64,000 bases of DNA from an uncultured Phenylobacterium sp. Its GTDB lineage: Bacteria > Pseudomonadota > Alphaproteobacteria > Caulobacterales > Caulobacteraceae. Shown piece after piece: positions 34,074 through 45,783 of the stretch. The stretch's first letter is position 1. Each line of letters begins with the position of its first letter. Below the pieces are notes generated by a model that saw only the letters and a program-made list of their open reading frames with translations, made no database searches and was not told where the DNA came from. The DNA is taken from positions 1,756 through 65,755 of the forward strand of contig CAZBXO010000003.1 of the NCBI GenBank assembly GCA_964495645.1, read 5' to 3'. The position numbers and the translations under genes are program-made.

Positions 34074-37000
34074 ATGATCCGCAACATCATGGCCCTCTCC
34101 GTGAGGGCGCGCTGGACGGTCGTAGCCATCGTGGCCGTCATCTCGGCGCTGGGTCTCTGGCAGCTCGCGCGGCTGCCGATCGACGCTGTGCCCGACATCA
34201 CCAACAAGCAGGTCCAGATCAACGTCGTCGATCCCGGCTTGTCGCCAGTTGAGATGGAGAAGCGCGTAACCTTCCCGATCGAGACCGCGCTGGCTGGCAT
34301 CCCGGGGTTGGAGAGCACCCGTTCGATCTCTCGCAACGGGTTCGCGCAGGTGACGGCGGTCTTCAAAGAGCGCGTCGACCTCTACTTCGCGCGCCAACAG
34401 GTGTCCGAGCGCCTGACCCAGGCGCGGGACAACCTGCCGGAAGGTGTGCAGCCTCAGATCGGACCGGTCACGACGGGACTCGGCGAGGTCTTCATGTATG
34501 CGGTCGACTTTGGGCCGCGCACCGCCAGGGGCGTTCAGGCCGGGCGACCGGGTTGGCAGCCCGACGGGTCCTTCCTGACGCCCGAGAGGGATCGGCTGAC
34601 CGACGACGTGGCGCGCGCCGCCTATCTGCGCACGGTGCAGGACTGGATCATCGCCCCGCAACTGCGGAGCGTGCCCGGCGTCGCCGGCGTCGACTCCATC
34701 GGCGGCTACGAGAAGCAGTACGTCGTCGAGCCCGACCCGTCGAAGCTCTCGGCCTACGGCGTGTCGTTTTCCGAGCTCGCCAAGGCGCTAGAGGCCGCCA
34801 ACATCGCGGTCGGCGCCAACTTCCTGGAGCGGGGCGGCGAGGCCTTCCTCGTACGCGCCGACGCGCGCATCCAAACGTTGGATGACATCTCCGAGGCCGT
34901 GGTGGCGACGCGGGGCGGCCAGCCCGTTCGCGTGCGGGACCTGGCCTCGGTCCGCATCGGTGGCGACCTGCGGACCGGCGCGGCAAGCCTCAACGGCCAT
35001 GAGGTGGTGATCGGCACCACCTTGATGCTGATCGGAGAGAATAGCCGCACCGTAGCTCGCTCGGTCGCGGAGAAGCTCAAGTCGATCGAACGGTCGTTGC
35101 CGCCGGGCGTCACGGTCACGCCGACCTTGGACCGGTCCAAGCTGGTCAACGCGACCATCCAGACCGTCGAGCGGAACCTGGCTGAGGGCGCTCTGCTGGT
35201 CGCGGCCGCGCTCTTCCTGCTGCTGGGCAACGCCCGGGCCGCGTTCATCGCCGTGCTCGTCATCCCGGTGTCGTTCCTGATGACCGCGATCGGCATGAAC
35301 ACACTCAAGGTCTCGGGCAACCTGATGAGCCTGGGCGCGCTCGACTTCGGCCTGATCGTCGACGGCGCGGTGATCATCATCGAGACCTGCCTGGCGCGGC
35401 TGGCGGGCCGCCAGCATCATGAGGGCCGGCTGCTCGACCTCGGCGAACGACTTCAGGAAACCACGGCGGCGGCGCAGGAGATGATCCGGCCGACCGTCTT
35501 TGGCCAGGCGATCATCCTGCTGGTCTTCGCCCCGCTGCTCACCTTCACCGGCGTCGAGGGCAAGACCTTCTCGCCCATGGCCATCACCCTGATGCTGGCG
35601 CTGGCCTCGGCGTTTGTCATCTCCATCACCTTCGTACCCGCGATGGTGGCGCTGCTGGTTCGGGGACGCGTCGCCGAGAAGGAAGTGCCGATCATTGCGG
35701 CGACGAAGACCCGCTACGCCCCGATCCTGGATCGGGCCCTGGCCCGGCCGTGGCCGTTCATCGGCGCTGGCGTCGGGTTGTTCGTCGCCGCGGCCATCGT
35801 TTTCAACTTCCTCGGCCAGGAGTTTATCCCGCAGCTTGACGAGAAGAACCTGGCGCTGGCTTCGGCGCGAGTGCCGTCCACCTCGCTGGAGCAGTCGCTG
35901 CGGATGCAGCGGCAGGTCGAGAGCGCCCTCGCCAGCCTCCCCGAAGTGGCGGTCGCCTTCTCGAAGACCGGCACGGCCGAGGTCGCCACCGACCCGATGC
36001 CGCAGAACCTGTCCGACGGCTTCGTCATCCTGAAGCCGCAGAAGGACTGGCCGAAGGGCGTCGACAAGAAGGCCGACGTGATTGCGCGGGTGGAGGCCAA
36101 GGCGAACGGGCTGCTGGGCAACGCCTATGAGCTCAGCCAGCCGATCCAGCTTCGGTTCAACGAACTGATCGCCGGGGTCCGCGGTGATGTGGCGATCAAG
36201 CTCTATGGCGACGACCTCGACCAGTTGGCCGCCACCGCCACGCGCATGGCCGCCGTCCTGCAGTCGACCAAGGGCGCCGTCGACGTCCGCGTCGAGCAGA
36301 CTGGCGGCGCGCCCACCCTGGACGTCCAGTTCGACCGCGGCGCCATCGCGCGGTACGGCCTCACGGTGGAAGAGGTGGGCGACACCGTCGCAGCTGCCAT
36401 GGCGGGCCGCGAGGCCGGCCTCGTGTTCGAGGGCGACCGGCGTTTCCCGGTGGTCGTGCGCGTGCCGCAGGCGACCCGCAACGACCTCGACGCACTCGCG
36501 GCGCTTCCTGTGCTGCTGCCAGAGGAGGCCGCCCATGCGCGGGGCTCCGTCCCGCTCGGGCAGGTGGCGCGCTTCACCTATGCCGAGGGCCTGAACCAGA
36601 TCAGCCGGGAAGATGGAAAGCGCCGCGTGGTCGTGCAGGCGAATGTGCGGGGCCGCGACGTGGGGTCGTTCGTTCGGGAGGTGCAGCCGAAGATCGAGGC
36701 CGTCCCCCTGCCGACCGGCTCATGGATCGCCTGGGGTGGGCAGTTCCAGAGCCTCAAGGCGGCCAGCGAGCGTCTGGCCCTCGTCGTGCCGCTCTGCTTT
36801 GCGGCCATCTTCGCCTTGCTCTATCTGGCCCTCGGCAGCCTCGGGCGGGCGGTGTCGGTCTTCGCGGCTGTTCCGTTGGCGCTGGCGGGCGGCGTCTTCA
36901 CCCTGGCGCTCACCGGCATCAACTTCTCGGTCTCGGCCGCGGTTGGCTTCATTTGTCTGTCCGGCGTGGCGGTGCTCAACGGGCTGGTCGTGATGACCAG

Positions 37001-37310
37001 CATCCGCGAGCGAGCCGAGGCGGGTGTCGATCTCGTCCAGGCAATCCGCGAGGGCATGATGGACAAGGCCCGAGCGGTGATCATGACCGGCGTGGTCCCG
37101 GCCATCGGCTTCGTGCCGATGGCGCTCGCGCATGGGACAGGCGCCGAGGTGCAGAAGCCGCTCGCCACCGTCGTGATCGGCGGGCTCATCACCGCCACCG
37201 CCCTGACGCTCATCGTCCTGCCGGCGATTTCGCGCGTTGTCCTGGCGTTCGAAGAGCGCGTTCAGGCGAGGCTGGCCAGCCGAGGCTCGACGCTCGCGCC
37301 CGCTGAGTAG
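34074..37310 (+). CDS. czcA: CzcA-family heavy-metal RND permease
   Basis: 'LPIDAVPDITN.QV', 'NLMSLGALDFGLIVDGAVIIIE', 'GAEVQKPLATVVIGG'. Confidence 0.95.
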   Translation: MIRNIMALSVRARWTVVAIVAVISALGLWQLARLPIDAVPDITNKQVQINVVDPGLSPVEMEKRVTFPIETALAGIPGLESTRSISRNGFAQVTAVFKERVDLYFARQQVSERLTQARDNLPEGVQPQIGPVTTGLGEVFMYAVDFGPRTARGVQAGRPGWQPDGSFLTPERDRLTDDVARAAYLRTVQDWIIAPQLRSVPGVAGVDSIGGYEKQYVVEPDPSKLSAYGVSFSELAKALEAANIAVGANFLERGGEAFLVRADARIQTLDDISEAVVATRGGQPVRVRDLASVRIGGDLRTGAASLNGHEVVIGTTLMLIGENSRTVARSVAEKLKSIERSLPPGVTVTPTLDRSKLVNATIQTVERNLAEGALLVAAALFLLLGNARAAFIAVLVIPVSFLMTAIGMNTLKVSGNLMSLGALDFGLIVDGAVIIIETCLARLAGRQHHEGRLLDLGERLQETTAAAQEMIRPTVFGQAIILLVFAPLLTFTGVEGKTFSPMAITLMLALASAFVISITFVPAMVALLVRGRVAEKEVPIIAATKTRYAPILDRALARPWPFIGAGVGLFVAAAIVFNFLGQEFIPQLDEKNLALASARVPSTSLEQSLRMQRQVESALASLPEVAVAFSKTGTAEVATDPMPQNLSDGFVILKPQKDWPKGVDKKADVIARVEAKANGLLGNAYELSQPIQLRFNELIAGVRGDVAIKLYGDDLDQLAATATRMAAVLQSTKGAVDVRVEQTGGAPTLDVQFDRGAIARYGLTVEEVGDTVAAAMAGREAGLVFEGDRRFPVVVRVPQATRNDLDALAALPVLLPEEAAHARGSVPLGQVARFTYAEGLNQISREDGKRRVVVQANVRGRDVGSFVREVQPKIEAVPLPTGSWIAWGGQFQSLKAASERLALVVPLCFAAIFALLYLALGSLGRAVSVFAAVPLALAGGVFTLALTGINFSVSAAVGFICLSGVAVLNGLVVMTSIRERAEAGVDLVQAIREGMMDKARAVIMTGVVPAIGFVPMALAHGTGAEVQKPLATVVIGGLITATALTLIVLPAISRVVLAFEERVQARLASRGSTLAPAE

Positions 37311-37318
37311 GAGGACAG

Positions 37319-38242
37319 ATGGCGCACGACCACGGCCATGATCACAGCCACGGTGGAGGCCATGCCCATGCCCCGGCCACGTTCGACCGCGCTTTCCTGA
37401 TCGGCGTGGTGCTGAACACGGGCTTCGTCGCGATCGAGGCCTTCTACGGCTTCGTCTCGAACTCGCTCGCCCTTGTGGCCGACGCCGGCCACAATCTCAG
37501 TGACGTGGCGGGCCTGCTGCTGGCCTGGGCGGCGGCGTGGCTGGGGCGCCGCGCGCCGACCCCCCACCGGACCTATGGCTACGGGCGCACCACTATCCTG
37601 GCGGCGCTCGGCAACGCGGCGCTGCTGCTGATCGCGATCGGGGCCATCGCCTGGGAGGCCGTGCAGCGGATCCAGCATCCCGAGCCGGTGTCGGGCGGGA
37701 CGGTCACGGTCGTCGCCGCCGTCGGCATCGCGGTCAATACGGCCACCGCTTTGATGTTCATGCGGGGCCGCAAGTCGGACATCAACGTGCGTGGCGCCTT
37801 CCTGCACATGGCGGCGGACGCTGGTGTCTCGGCCGGTGTCGTACTCGCAGGCCTCGCGATCGGCTTTACCGGCTGGCTGTGGCTCGACCCGGTCGTCAGC
37901 CTGGGCATCGTCGTCGTGATCGCCCTGGGGACCTGGGGCCTCTTGAAGGACTCCATGGCCATGGCGATCGACGCCGTTCCCAGCGGCATCGATCCGACGG
38001 CGGTTGACACCTATCTGCGGGGCCTTCCCGAGGTACGCGACGTGCACGACCTGCACATCTGGCCCCTCAGCACCACCTCGACCGCGCTGACCGTCCACCT
38101 GGTGACCGACCGCGCCGAGATCGATGATGCTCAGACAAAGCGGGTGGCGTCCGGCCTCCGCGAGCGGTTCGGGATCGGCCACGCCACGGTCCAGTTCGAG
38201 CGCGGCGGCGACTGCCATCTGGCCCCGGCCGAAGTCGTCTGA
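37319..38242 (+). CDS. czcD: CDF cation efflux transporter CzcD
   Basis: His-rich N-terminus, 'SLALVADAGHNLSD', 'GAFLHMAADA', 'VHDLHIW'. Confidence 0.93.
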   Translation: MAHDHGHDHSHGGGHAHAPATFDRAFLIGVVLNTGFVAIEAFYGFVSNSLALVADAGHNLSDVAGLLLAWAAAWLGRRAPTPHRTYGYGRTTILAALGNAALLLIAIGAIAWEAVQRIQHPEPVSGGTVTVVAAVGIAVNTATALMFMRGRKSDINVRGAFLHMAADAGVSAGVVLAGLAIGFTGWLWLDPVVSLGIVVVIALGTWGLLKDSMAMAIDAVPSGIDPTAVDTYLRGLPEVRDVHDLHIWPLSTTSTALTVHLVTDRAEIDDAQTKRVASGLRERFGIGHATVQFERGGDCHLAPAEVV

Positions 38243-38263
38243 TCCGATGCGCGAGCCACGCCG

Positions 38264-38755
38264 TCAGCGCGAGAGCCAGCCGGCGATCGCGGCTGAGGAG
38301 GCGGCGAAGATCACGCAGCCCACCACGAACCCGCGCAGATGCTGGCCGTGGTTGAACTGGAACGGCACGTCCTCAGCGCCGGGCAGCATCGCCCAGCGGG
38401 GGCGCACGACACCGAGCCAGAGTTCGTCGAGGACCAGCCAGTCCACCAGGTTGAAAACGCTGCCGACGATGAAGGCATGGAGCCAGAGCTGCCCGAAGGC
38501 TTGTTCGCCGATGGCCGCCTGCCAGGCGGCCGTGGACCATGCGGGGACCCCGACGAGGAGCGCGATGAGCGGCAGGCCGACCAGCCTGGAGATCATGCGC
38601 TCGCGGGGCGTGTTAGGCGGCACGGCGGCGCGCAGTTCCGGCGGGTAGTGGCGAAGCAGCAGCCGCGGATTGAGGCGCAAGGTGGCCATGACGAGCGCCG
38701 AGGCCAAAGCGGACAGGAGCGCGCCGTCCCGCAGCGCCGTCTGCCAGCCGATCAT
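38264..38755 (-). CDS. Hypothetical multi-TM membrane protein
   Basis: Hydrophobic segments, 'FNLVDWLVLD'; overlaps the stop of the upstream CDF gene (ATGA). Confidence 0.7.
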   Translation of the reverse strand: MIGWQTALRDGALLSALASALVMATLRLNPRLLLRHYPPELRAAVPPNTPRERMISRLVGLPLIALLVGVPAWSTAAWQAAIGEQAFGQLWLHAFIVGSVFNLVDWLVLDELWLGVVRPRWAMLPGAEDVPFQFNHGQHLRGFVVGCVIFAASSAAIAGWLSR

Positions 38756-39429
38756 GCCGCCAGGGTCCGCAACTCGCGGTGCGCCTGGCGCGTCACCTGC
38801 CAGGCGGTGCTGAGGAAGAGCGAGGCCATGACGGCGGCCACGGCGAGGTCGGCCCAGCGGGTCTGCGTCATCGCCACCACGCCGGCCGCCGCTAGGACAG
38901 CGATGTTGCCGAGGGCGTCGTTGCGCGAGCAGAGCCAGACCGAGCGCACGTTGGCGTCGCCGTCGCGGAACCGCAGCAGCAGGAGGGCGGCTGTCACATT
39001 GGTCGTTAGTGCGAGCGCGCCGACCCAGCCCATGGTGACGGCGTCCGGCGCACCTTCAACGAACGTCCGCCAGAGCGCGCTCACCAGGACGTAGAGCCCC
39101 ATGGCCCCCAGGCTCAAGCCCTTGATCTGCGCCGTCCGCGCCCGGAAGCCGGCGCTGCGGCCCAGGGCGAATAGGGAGATCCCGTAGGTCGCGGTGTCGC
39201 CGGCGAAGTCCAGGGCGTCGGCCTGCAGGGCCATGGAGCCCGCCAGCTGCCCGGCGAACACCTCGACCAGGAACATGCCGGCGTTGAGGACCAGCACGAT
39301 CCAAACGGCGCGGCTGAACGCGGCCGAGCCGGTCTCGACCGCGCAGGCGGTGTCCTCGCAGCCGCAGCCCGCCGACGGCGGCGCTGCGCCGCCGGACCGG
39401 GCTCTGCGGGGCGTGATCTCGAAGGTCAT
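38752..39429 (-). CDS. Short CDF-family cation transporter with N-terminal CGC..C motif
   Basis: 'SMALQADALDFAGD', 'DANVRSVWLCSRNDALGN'. Confidence 0.88.
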   Translation of the reverse strand: MTFEITPRRARSGGAAPPSAGCGCEDTACAVETGSAAFSRAVWIVLVLNAGMFLVEVFAGQLAGSMALQADALDFAGDTATYGISLFALGRSAGFRARTAQIKGLSLGAMGLYVLVSALWRTFVEGAPDAVTMGWVGALALTTNVTAALLLLRFRDGDANVRSVWLCSRNDALGNIAVLAAAGVVAMTQTRWADLAVAAVMASLFLSTAWQVTRQAHRELRTLAA

Positions 39430-39435
39430 GCCCCA

Positions 39436-39466
39436 AGCCTGCATCCTCTAGTGGCTAGAGGATCAA
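39436..39466 (-). promoter_or_regulatory. MerR-type promoter/operator 2 (short CDF operon)
   Basis: Minus strand TTGATC, 19-bp spacer, CAGGCT; dyad arms ATCCTCTAG/CTAGAGGAT are identical to operator 1. Confidence 0.88.
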
Positions 39467-39476
39467 GCCCCTTGGA

Positions 39477-39866
39477 TCATTGCTTCTGGATGGCTGTAAT
39501 CGTGCCGGCGCCGCCTTCCAGCTTCAGGTCGAAGGCGACCTTGTCGCCGACCTTCACCGACTTCGCGAGCTCGGGCGCCGCCTTGAAGCCCATGGTCATG
39601 GCCGGCCAGTTCGCCTCGGGGATCGGGGCGTGGTTCACGGTGATGGTGTCGCCGCCGACCTCGGTCACGGTGCCCGTGCCCTTGGCCATCTTGGCGTCGG
39701 CGGCCATCGGCATGCCGGCCATGTCAGAGGCTGGAGCGGTCGCGGGGGCGGCGGCCGGCACAGCAGGCGGCGCGGCGGCCTCAGTGGTGGCAGTCTCCTT
39801 CTTGCCGCAGGCGGTGAGCGAGGTCGCAGCGGCGAGCGCGGCGACGGTCAGGACGAGGTGCTTCAC
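39477..39866 (-). CDS. cusF: CusF-family copper-binding lipoprotein
   Basis: Lipobox LTAC; '[16 protein letters not shown]' H-W-M-M site; AGGAG RBS before GTG. Confidence 0.88.
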   Translation of the reverse strand: MKHLVLTVAALAAATSLTACGKKETATTEAAAPPAVPAAAPATAPASDMAGMPMAADAKMAKGTGTVTEVGGDTITVNHAPIPEANWPAMTMGFKAAPELAKSVKVGDKVAFDLKLEGGAGTITAIQKQ

Positions 39867-42800
39867 AGGGTGTCTCCTTGGGTTGAAGCGGTCAGGGGAT
39901 GGGACTGCGGCCGGCGGCGCCGGAGCAGGAGATAGCCGGCGGGGATCACCAGCATCGAGAGCAGCGGCGCGGTGACCATGCCGCCGATCATCGGCGCGGC
40001 GATGCGGCTCATGACCTCCGACCCGGCGCCGTGGCCGACGAGGATCGGAGCCAGGCCGGCCAGGATGACGGCGACCGTCATTGCCTTGGGGCGCACCCGC
40101 GCCAGAGCGCCTTCGCGCACCGCACTGGCGACGTCCTCGTAGCTCGGGCTGAGACCTCGCTCGGCGAGCGCGTGCTTTAGGTAGATCAGCATGACAACGC
40201 CGAACTCGGCCGACACGCCCGCGAGCGCGATGAACCCGACGCCTGTGGCGACTGATTGGTGGTAGCCCAAGAGGTAAAGCGTCCAGACCCCACCGGTGAG
40301 CGCGAACGGCAGGGTGCCCATGATCAGGGCCGCCTCGTCCCACCGCCGAAAGGTCGCGTAGAGCAGCAGGAAGATGATCGCCAGCGTCGCGGGGACGACC
40401 AGCTTCAGGCGCTCGGCGGCGCGCTGCAGGTACTCGAACTGGCCGGAGTAGGCGGCAGAGACGCCGGGCGGCAGCTTCACCTGGTTGGCCACGGCGTGGC
40501 GCAGATCGGTGACGACCGAGTTCAGGTCGCGGCCGCGGACGTCGACGTAGACCCACGTCGAGGGTCGGGCGTTTTCGGTCTTCAGCATGGGCGGGCCATC
40601 AACGATCCGAATGTCGGCGACCGTGCCGAGGGTGATCTGCTGGCCGCCCGGGGTAAGCACCGGCAGCGCCCGCAGCCCCTCCAGGCTGTCCCGCAGTTCG
40701 CGCGGATAGCGGACGCTGATCGGATAGCGGGCGACGCCCTCCACCGTCTCGCCGACGTTCTCGCCGCCAATTGCGCCGGAGACGATGGCCTGGACATCCA
40801 TCACGTTGAGGCCGAAGCGAGCCGCGTCGGCCCGATCGATGTCGACATCGACGTAGCGGCCGCCGGTCAGCCGCTCGGCCAGCGCCGAACTGACGCCCGG
40901 CGTCCTCTTTGCGACGGCTTCGACCTGGGCCGCAACGCGGTCGATCTGGGCGAGATCGGTCCCGGAGACCTTCACGCCGATCGGGCTCTTGATGCCTGTC
41001 GCCAGCATGTCGATCCGGTTGCGGATCGGTGGCACCCAGACATTTGCGAGGCCCGGGACCTTCACCACCCGGTCGAGTTCCTCGACCAGCTTCTCGGGGG
41101 TCATCCCGGGCCGCCACTCGCGGCGCGGCTTCAGCTGGATGGTGGTTTCGAACATCTCCAGCGGCGCCGGATCGGTGGCGGTCTCGGCGCGGCCGGCCTT
41201 GCCGAACACGGACCTCACCTCCGGCACGGTGCGGATCAGGCGGTCGGTCTGCTGCAGCAACTCCGAAGCCTTAGCCGCGGAGATACCCGGCAGGGCCGAC
41301 GGCATGTAGAGCAGGTCGCCCTCGTCCATGGGTGGGATGAACTCGCCGCCCAGCCGGCTGAGTGGCCAGGCGGCAGTCGCGAAGACCACGAGCGCGATGA
41401 CCAGCACGGTCCTGGGCTTGCGCAGGACCCAATTGATCGCGGGTTCGTAAAGGCGTGTAAGCCCGCGGTTCACGGGGTTGGCGTCCTCGCTCGGGATGCG
41501 CCCGCGGATCAGGAAGCCCATCAGCACTGGAACCAGGGTCACTGACAGGATCGCGGCACCTGCCATTGCATAGCTCTTGGTGAAGGCCAGAGGCGAGAAC
41601 AGGCGGCCTTCCTGAGCCTGCAGCGCGAACACCGGCACGAAGCTCAAGGTGATGATCACGAGGCTGAGGAAGAGGGCCGGCCCAACCTCGGCGGCGGCCT
41701 CCGTGATCACCCTCCAACGCGGCTCTCCCGTCAGATCCTCACCGGGATGTTCGTGCGCCCACCGTTCCAGCCGCTTGTGGGCGTTCTCGATCATCACCAC
41801 GGCGGCGTCGACCATGGCTCCGATGGCGATGGCGATGCCGCCCAGCGACATGATGTTAGCGTTGACGCCCTGCAGCCGCATGACCAGCAGCGCGAACAGC
41901 ACGCCGAGCGGCAGGGTCAGGATCGCCACCAGCGCCGAGCGGGCGTGCCAGAGGAAGAGCGCGCAGACGAGCCCGACGACGATGAATTCTTCGATCAGCT
42001 TCGAACGCAGGTTGGAGATCGCCCGGTCGATCAGCTGCGAGCGGTCGTAGGTGGTGACGATCTCCACGCCGGCCGGCAAGCTCCTGCGGAGCTGCTCGAC
42101 CTTGTCCTTGACCGCCGCCAGGATGGCGCGCGCGTTCTTGCCGGAGCGCAGGACCACGACGCCGCCGGCCACCTCGCCCTGGCCGTTGAGTTCGGCGACA
42201 CCGCGGCGCATCTCGGGGCCTAGCTGGATCGTCGCCACGTCGCCCAGGCGCACCGGCACGCCGCCGGCCGCGGTTCGCAGCGGGATGGCCCGTAAGTCGT
42301 CGAGGGTCTTCAGGTAGCCGGACGCGCGGACCATGTACTCCGCCTCCGCCATCTCCAGCACCGAGCCACCGGCTTCGGCGTTGGCGCGCTGGATCGCCTC
42401 GACCGCCTGGGCGTGGGTGACCCCGTAGGCCGCGAGCCGCGTCGGATCGAGCACTACCTGGTACTGGCGCACCATGCCGCCGATGCTGGCGACCTCGGCC
42501 ACGCCTGGGACCGTCTTCAGCTCGTAGCGCAGGAACCAGTCCTGCAAGGATCGCAGCTGGCTGAGGTCGTGGCGGCCCGTCCGGTCGACGAGGGCGTACT
42601 CGTAGATCCAGCCGACGCCGGTCGCGTCAGGTCCGAGCGAGGGCTTGGCTGCAGCCGGCAGGCGGCTCTGGACCTGGCTCAGGTACTCCAGCACCCGCGA
42701 GCGCGCCCAGTAGAGGTCGGTCCCGTCCTCAAACAGGACGTAGACGAAGCTGTCGCCGAAGTAGGAGTAGCCCCGGACGGTCTTGGCGCCTGGCACGGAC

Positions 42801-43021
42801 AGCATGGTGGTGGTCAGCGGATAGGTGACTTGGTTCTCGACGATCTGCGGGGCCTGGCCGGGGTAGGGCGTACGGATGACGACCTGCACGTCGGAGAGGT
42901 CCGGCAGGGCGTCGACCGGGGTCGAGCGCAGCGCGAGACCGCCGGCGATCAGCAGGGCGAGCGCGGCCAACACCACCAGCCAGCGGGCGCGGACCGAGGC
43001 GCGGATGACGGCGGCGATCAT
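39863..43021 (-). CDS. cusA: CusA-family Cu/Ag RND permease
   Basis: '[11 protein letters not shown]', '[19 protein letters not shown]', 'PAPLEMFET', 'RVRPKAMT'. Confidence 0.95.
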   Translation of the reverse strand: MIAAVIRASVRARWLVVLAALALLIAGGLALRSTPVDALPDLSDVQVVIRTPYPGQAPQIVENQVTYPLTTTMLSVPGAKTVRGYSYFGDSFVYVLFEDGTDLYWARSRVLEYLSQVQSRLPAAAKPSLGPDATGVGWIYEYALVDRTGRHDLSQLRSLQDWFLRYELKTVPGVAEVASIGGMVRQYQVVLDPTRLAAYGVTHAQAVEAIQRANAEAGGSVLEMAEAEYMVRASGYLKTLDDLRAIPLRTAAGGVPVRLGDVATIQLGPEMRRGVAELNGQGEVAGGVVVLRSGKNARAILAAVKDKVEQLRRSLPAGVEIVTTYDRSQLIDRAISNLRSKLIEEFIVVGLVCALFLWHARSALVAILTLPLGVLFALLVMRLQGVNANIMSLGGIAIAIGAMVDAAVVMIENAHKRLERWAHEHPGEDLTGEPRWRVITEAAAEVGPALFLSLVIITLSFVPVFALQAQEGRLFSPLAFTKSYAMAGAAILSVTLVPVLMGFLIRGRIPSEDANPVNRGLTRLYEPAINWVLRKPRTVLVIALVVFATAAWPLSRLGGEFIPPMDEGDLLYMPSALPGISAAKASELLQQTDRLIRTVPEVRSVFGKAGRAETATDPAPLEMFETTIQLKPRREWRPGMTPEKLVEELDRVVKVPGLANVWVPPIRNRIDMLATGIKSPIGVKVSGTDLAQIDRVAAQVEAVAKRTPGVSSALAERLTGGRYVDVDIDRADAARFGLNVMDVQAIVSGAIGGENVGETVEGVARYPISVRYPRELRDSLEGLRALPVLTPGGQQITLGTVADIRIVDGPPMLKTENARPSTWVYVDVRGRDLNSVVTDLRHAVANQVKLPPGVSAAYSGQFEYLQRAAERLKLVVPATLAIIFLLLYATFRRWDEAALIMGTLPFALTGGVWTLYLLGYHQSVATGVGFIALAGVSAEFGVVMLIYLKHALAERGLSPSYEDVASAVREGALARVRPKAMTVAVILAGLAPILVGHGAGSEVMSRIAAPMIGGMVTAPLLSMLVIPAGYLLLRRRRPQSHPLTASTQGDTL

Positions 43022-44481
43022 CGGCCGTCCATCCGCTGCAGGCGGCGAACCACGGGCCCGCTGGGCTTCTGCTCGAAGCCGAACCTCACCTGGTCGCCGA
43101 CCTTGAGACCCTTGGCCAGCGCCGGGTCGGCGAGCTGAAACTGCATGGTCATCGCCGGCCACTGCACGGCCGGGATCGGGGGGTGGCTGAGGGTGACTTT
43201 GCCGCCCGCCAGCTGCTCGATCCGCGCCGTGCTCTCCACGAGCGCCGCGGCGACGGGCATGGTCGCGCCATCGCCGACCGGTCGCGCCTGGACGCCGGCC
43301 AGGCTCGCCTCGCTGTCCAGCAGGAACTGGCCGGAGGCGACCACCTGTTCGCCCTCGCTCAGGCCGGCCAGAACCTCGGTGCGGTCGCCGGCTTCGCGGC
43401 CGGTGCGGATCTCGGCAGGGCGGTAGCGGCCACCGGAGGCGGCCAGCATGACCAGGGTGCGGCGACCGGTGCGGATCACCGCCTCCGATGGGACGAGCAA
43501 CACGGGCATCGTGGTCCCGGCGAAGGTGACGTCGGCGAACATCCCCGGCTTCAGGCGGCCGGCCGGGTTCGGGAGCTCGATGCGGACGGTCAGGGTGCGG
43601 CTGTCGGCCTGGGCCTGAGGCAGGATCGCCGTGACCCGGCCGCTGAACGCCTCGCCGGGGTAAGCCGCCAGCGCGGCGCTGGCGGTCTCGCCGACCCGCA
43701 CCTGGCCCGCCATCGCTTCCGGGACGGCGGCGTTCAGCCAGACACGACCGAGGCCGTTCACCTCCGCGAGGGTCTGGCCGGCCGTGACGGTCATGCCGTT
43801 GCGCACCGACAGCGTCTTGAGGACGCCGCCGGTCGGTGTGGTGACGGTCGTGACGTTGCGTACCTGGCCGCTACGCTCGACGGTCGCGATCAGGCCAGGC
43901 GACATGCCCAGAAGCTGGAGGCGCTGGCGGCTGGCGCGGAGGAGCGCCTCGTCGCCCGTGCGCCGCACCGCCAGGAACTCGCTTTGTGCGCCGGCCCACT
44001 CCGGAACCAGCAGGTCGACCAGCGGCGCGCCCGCGGCGACCACGTCACCGGGCGCGCGGCCATACACCCGCTGGACGAAGCCAGCCGACCGGGCCTGGAC
44101 GACGGCGATGTCGCGCTCGTTGAAGTCGATGACGCCCGTGGCCGTGACACCGCCCGCCAGCGATCCACGCTCGACCTTCGCCAGACGGACGCCCAGGCTC
44201 TGCGTCTGGGCCGGGTCCACGCGCACGCCGGGCGATGCACCGGCCGGGCCAGCCTCGTCGGCGTATTTGGGCTGCAGCTGCATGTCCATGAACGGCGACT
44301 TGCCCGGCTTGTCGAAGTGCTGGGCCGGGTACATCGGGTCGTACCAGTAGAGCGGCTGGCGACCGGCGGCGGCCTTTGCAGGCGGCGTGGCGGACTGGGT
44401 CATGCGGCCGCCGGAGAAGCCGGCGGTTCCGATCGCCGCGGCGCCGGCGAGCGCCAGGGCCAGGGTCTGGGCGCGGGTCAT
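43018..44481 (-). CDS. cusB: CusB-like adaptor with N-terminal heavy-metal-binding motif and C-terminal CusF domain
   Basis: '[21 protein letters not shown]', '[12 protein letters not shown]', C-terminal '[16 protein letters not shown]'. Confidence 0.92.
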   Translation of the reverse strand: MTRAQTLALALAGAAAIGTAGFSGGRMTQSATPPAKAAAGRQPLYWYDPMYPAQHFDKPGKSPFMDMQLQPKYADEAGPAGASPGVRVDPAQTQSLGVRLAKVERGSLAGGVTATGVIDFNERDIAVVQARSAGFVQRVYGRAPGDVVAAGAPLVDLLVPEWAGAQSEFLAVRRTGDEALLRASRQRLQLLGMSPGLIATVERSGQVRNVTTVTTPTGGVLKTLSVRNGMTVTAGQTLAEVNGLGRVWLNAAVPEAMAGQVRVGETASAALAAYPGEAFSGRVTAILPQAQADSRTLTVRIELPNPAGRLKPGMFADVTFAGTTMPVLLVPSEAVIRTGRRTLVMLAASGGRYRPAEIRTGREAGDRTEVLAGLSEGEQVVASGQFLLDSEASLAGVQARPVGDGATMPVAAALVESTARIEQLAGGKVTLSHPPIPAVQWPAMTMQFQLADPALAKGLKVGDQVRFGFEQKPSGPVVRRLQRMDGR

Positions 44482-45713
44482 TGGTCGGCTCCGTAGGTCA
44501 GTTGTATGCGGGCGCCGTCGCGAGCGGTCATCGCCTCGCGTTCCAGCACGCCCAGGCGGGCATCGGCCAGGTCGGTGAGCGCGGTGCGGACGTCGTCGAA
44601 GCTGGCGCGGCCGGCCCCGTAGCTGCTCACCTCCAGATGCGCGCGCTGCTCGGCGGTAGGCACGAGAACGGCCTGGGCTCGCTGCCATTGGTCGTGGTGC
44701 ATGATGTGGTCGGCGAGGTCGCCTTCCAGGGCGGCCACCAGCGCGCGGCGGCGATCCTCGCGCTCGACCTGCGCCCGGTTGCGGTCGGCCAGGCGCGCCG
44801 CGATGACCGGCTCCTGCCGCGAGCCTTTGAAGAGCGGCAGGCTGACTGTCGCGCCGACGGAGAGCAGGTCCCCGAACCGCGGATCCCGGCGGCCGTAGGA
44901 GACATCAAAGCCCCAGTCGGGGCGGGTGGCGGCGCGTGCGGCGGAGACGTCCGTCTCCGCCCGCCGCTGTTCGGCTTCGGCGGCCAGCAGGGTCGGATGG
45001 CGATCCAGGTTGGCGCGGAGCGCGACAGCATCGATCTCGAAGTGCGGCGCCTCGCCGGCGGCCGAGGGTGAGGCTTCGTCGGTCCAGCGGGTGAGCTCGG
45101 CCCGCGCCTTGGCGACGGCGGCCACGAGTTCGCTGCGCCGGTCCTCGAACACCGCCCTCAGCCGCGCGGGCTCGAGGCCGCTGGCCGGGCGCGCCGACCC
45201 GGAGGCGACCGCCGCGGGCTGCGCAGACCACAGGTCTTTCAACCCGGCGACCAGCTGGTCCAAGGCCTCCAGTCGCCGCTCGGCGTAGGCCAGGTCGATC
45301 CAGGCCAGGGCCGTAGCGACGCGAACGTTGCGCCGTTCCTCGGCCGTCATCGCTTCCGCGACGCCGATCTCGGCCGTAGCGCCCGCGACCTCCGCCCGGC
45401 GGCGGGCCGCGTTCGGGACGTCCTGCATCACCCCGACCTTGGCCATGGTGAAGTCGTCGCGGGTGAAGCTGCCGGCGTTAGGCCCGGAGACCGGATAGTC
45501 CTGGATGCCGACGCTGAGTTTGGGATCAGGCAGCCGCCCGGCCGCGCGGCTGGCGGCCCGCGCCGCGTCGACCCGCAGTGCGCTCGCCTGCAGGCTGGGC
45601 GCAGACGTCTGGGCGCGGTCAAGCGCGGCCGCGAAGGTCAGCGGACCGGCGTGAGCCGTACCCGCGAGCGTGACGGCCAGCGGCAGGGCCGCCAGCCAAC
45701 GATAGGGAGACAT
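44478..45713 (-). CDS. TolC-family outer membrane factor of the Cu/Ag efflux system
   Basis: 'GRLPDPKL', 'DDFTM.KVGVMQ', 'SLPLF'; directly upstream of cusBA. Confidence 0.88.
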   Translation of the reverse strand: MSPYRWLAALPLAVTLAGTAHAGPLTFAAALDRAQTSAPSLQASALRVDAARAASRAAGRLPDPKLSVGIQDYPVSGPNAGSFTRDDFTMAKVGVMQDVPNAARRRAEVAGATAEIGVAEAMTAEERRNVRVATALAWIDLAYAERRLEALDQLVAGLKDLWSAQPAAVASGSARPASGLEPARLRAVFEDRRSELVAAVAKARAELTRWTDEASPSAAGEAPHFEIDAVALRANLDRHPTLLAAEAEQRRAETDVSAARAATRPDWGFDVSYGRRDPRFGDLLSVGATVSLPLFKGSRQEPVIAARLADRNRAQVEREDRRRALVAALEGDLADHIMHHDQWQRAQAVLVPTAEQRAHLEVSSYGAGRASFDDVRTALTDLADARLGVLEREAMTARDGARIQLTYGADQ

Positions 45714-45783
45714 GCTCCGACAACTCCTGGAGGAAGGCGCGCAAGCGCCAGGGCCGGCGGGGTCGCCGCCGGGTCAGGGATCG

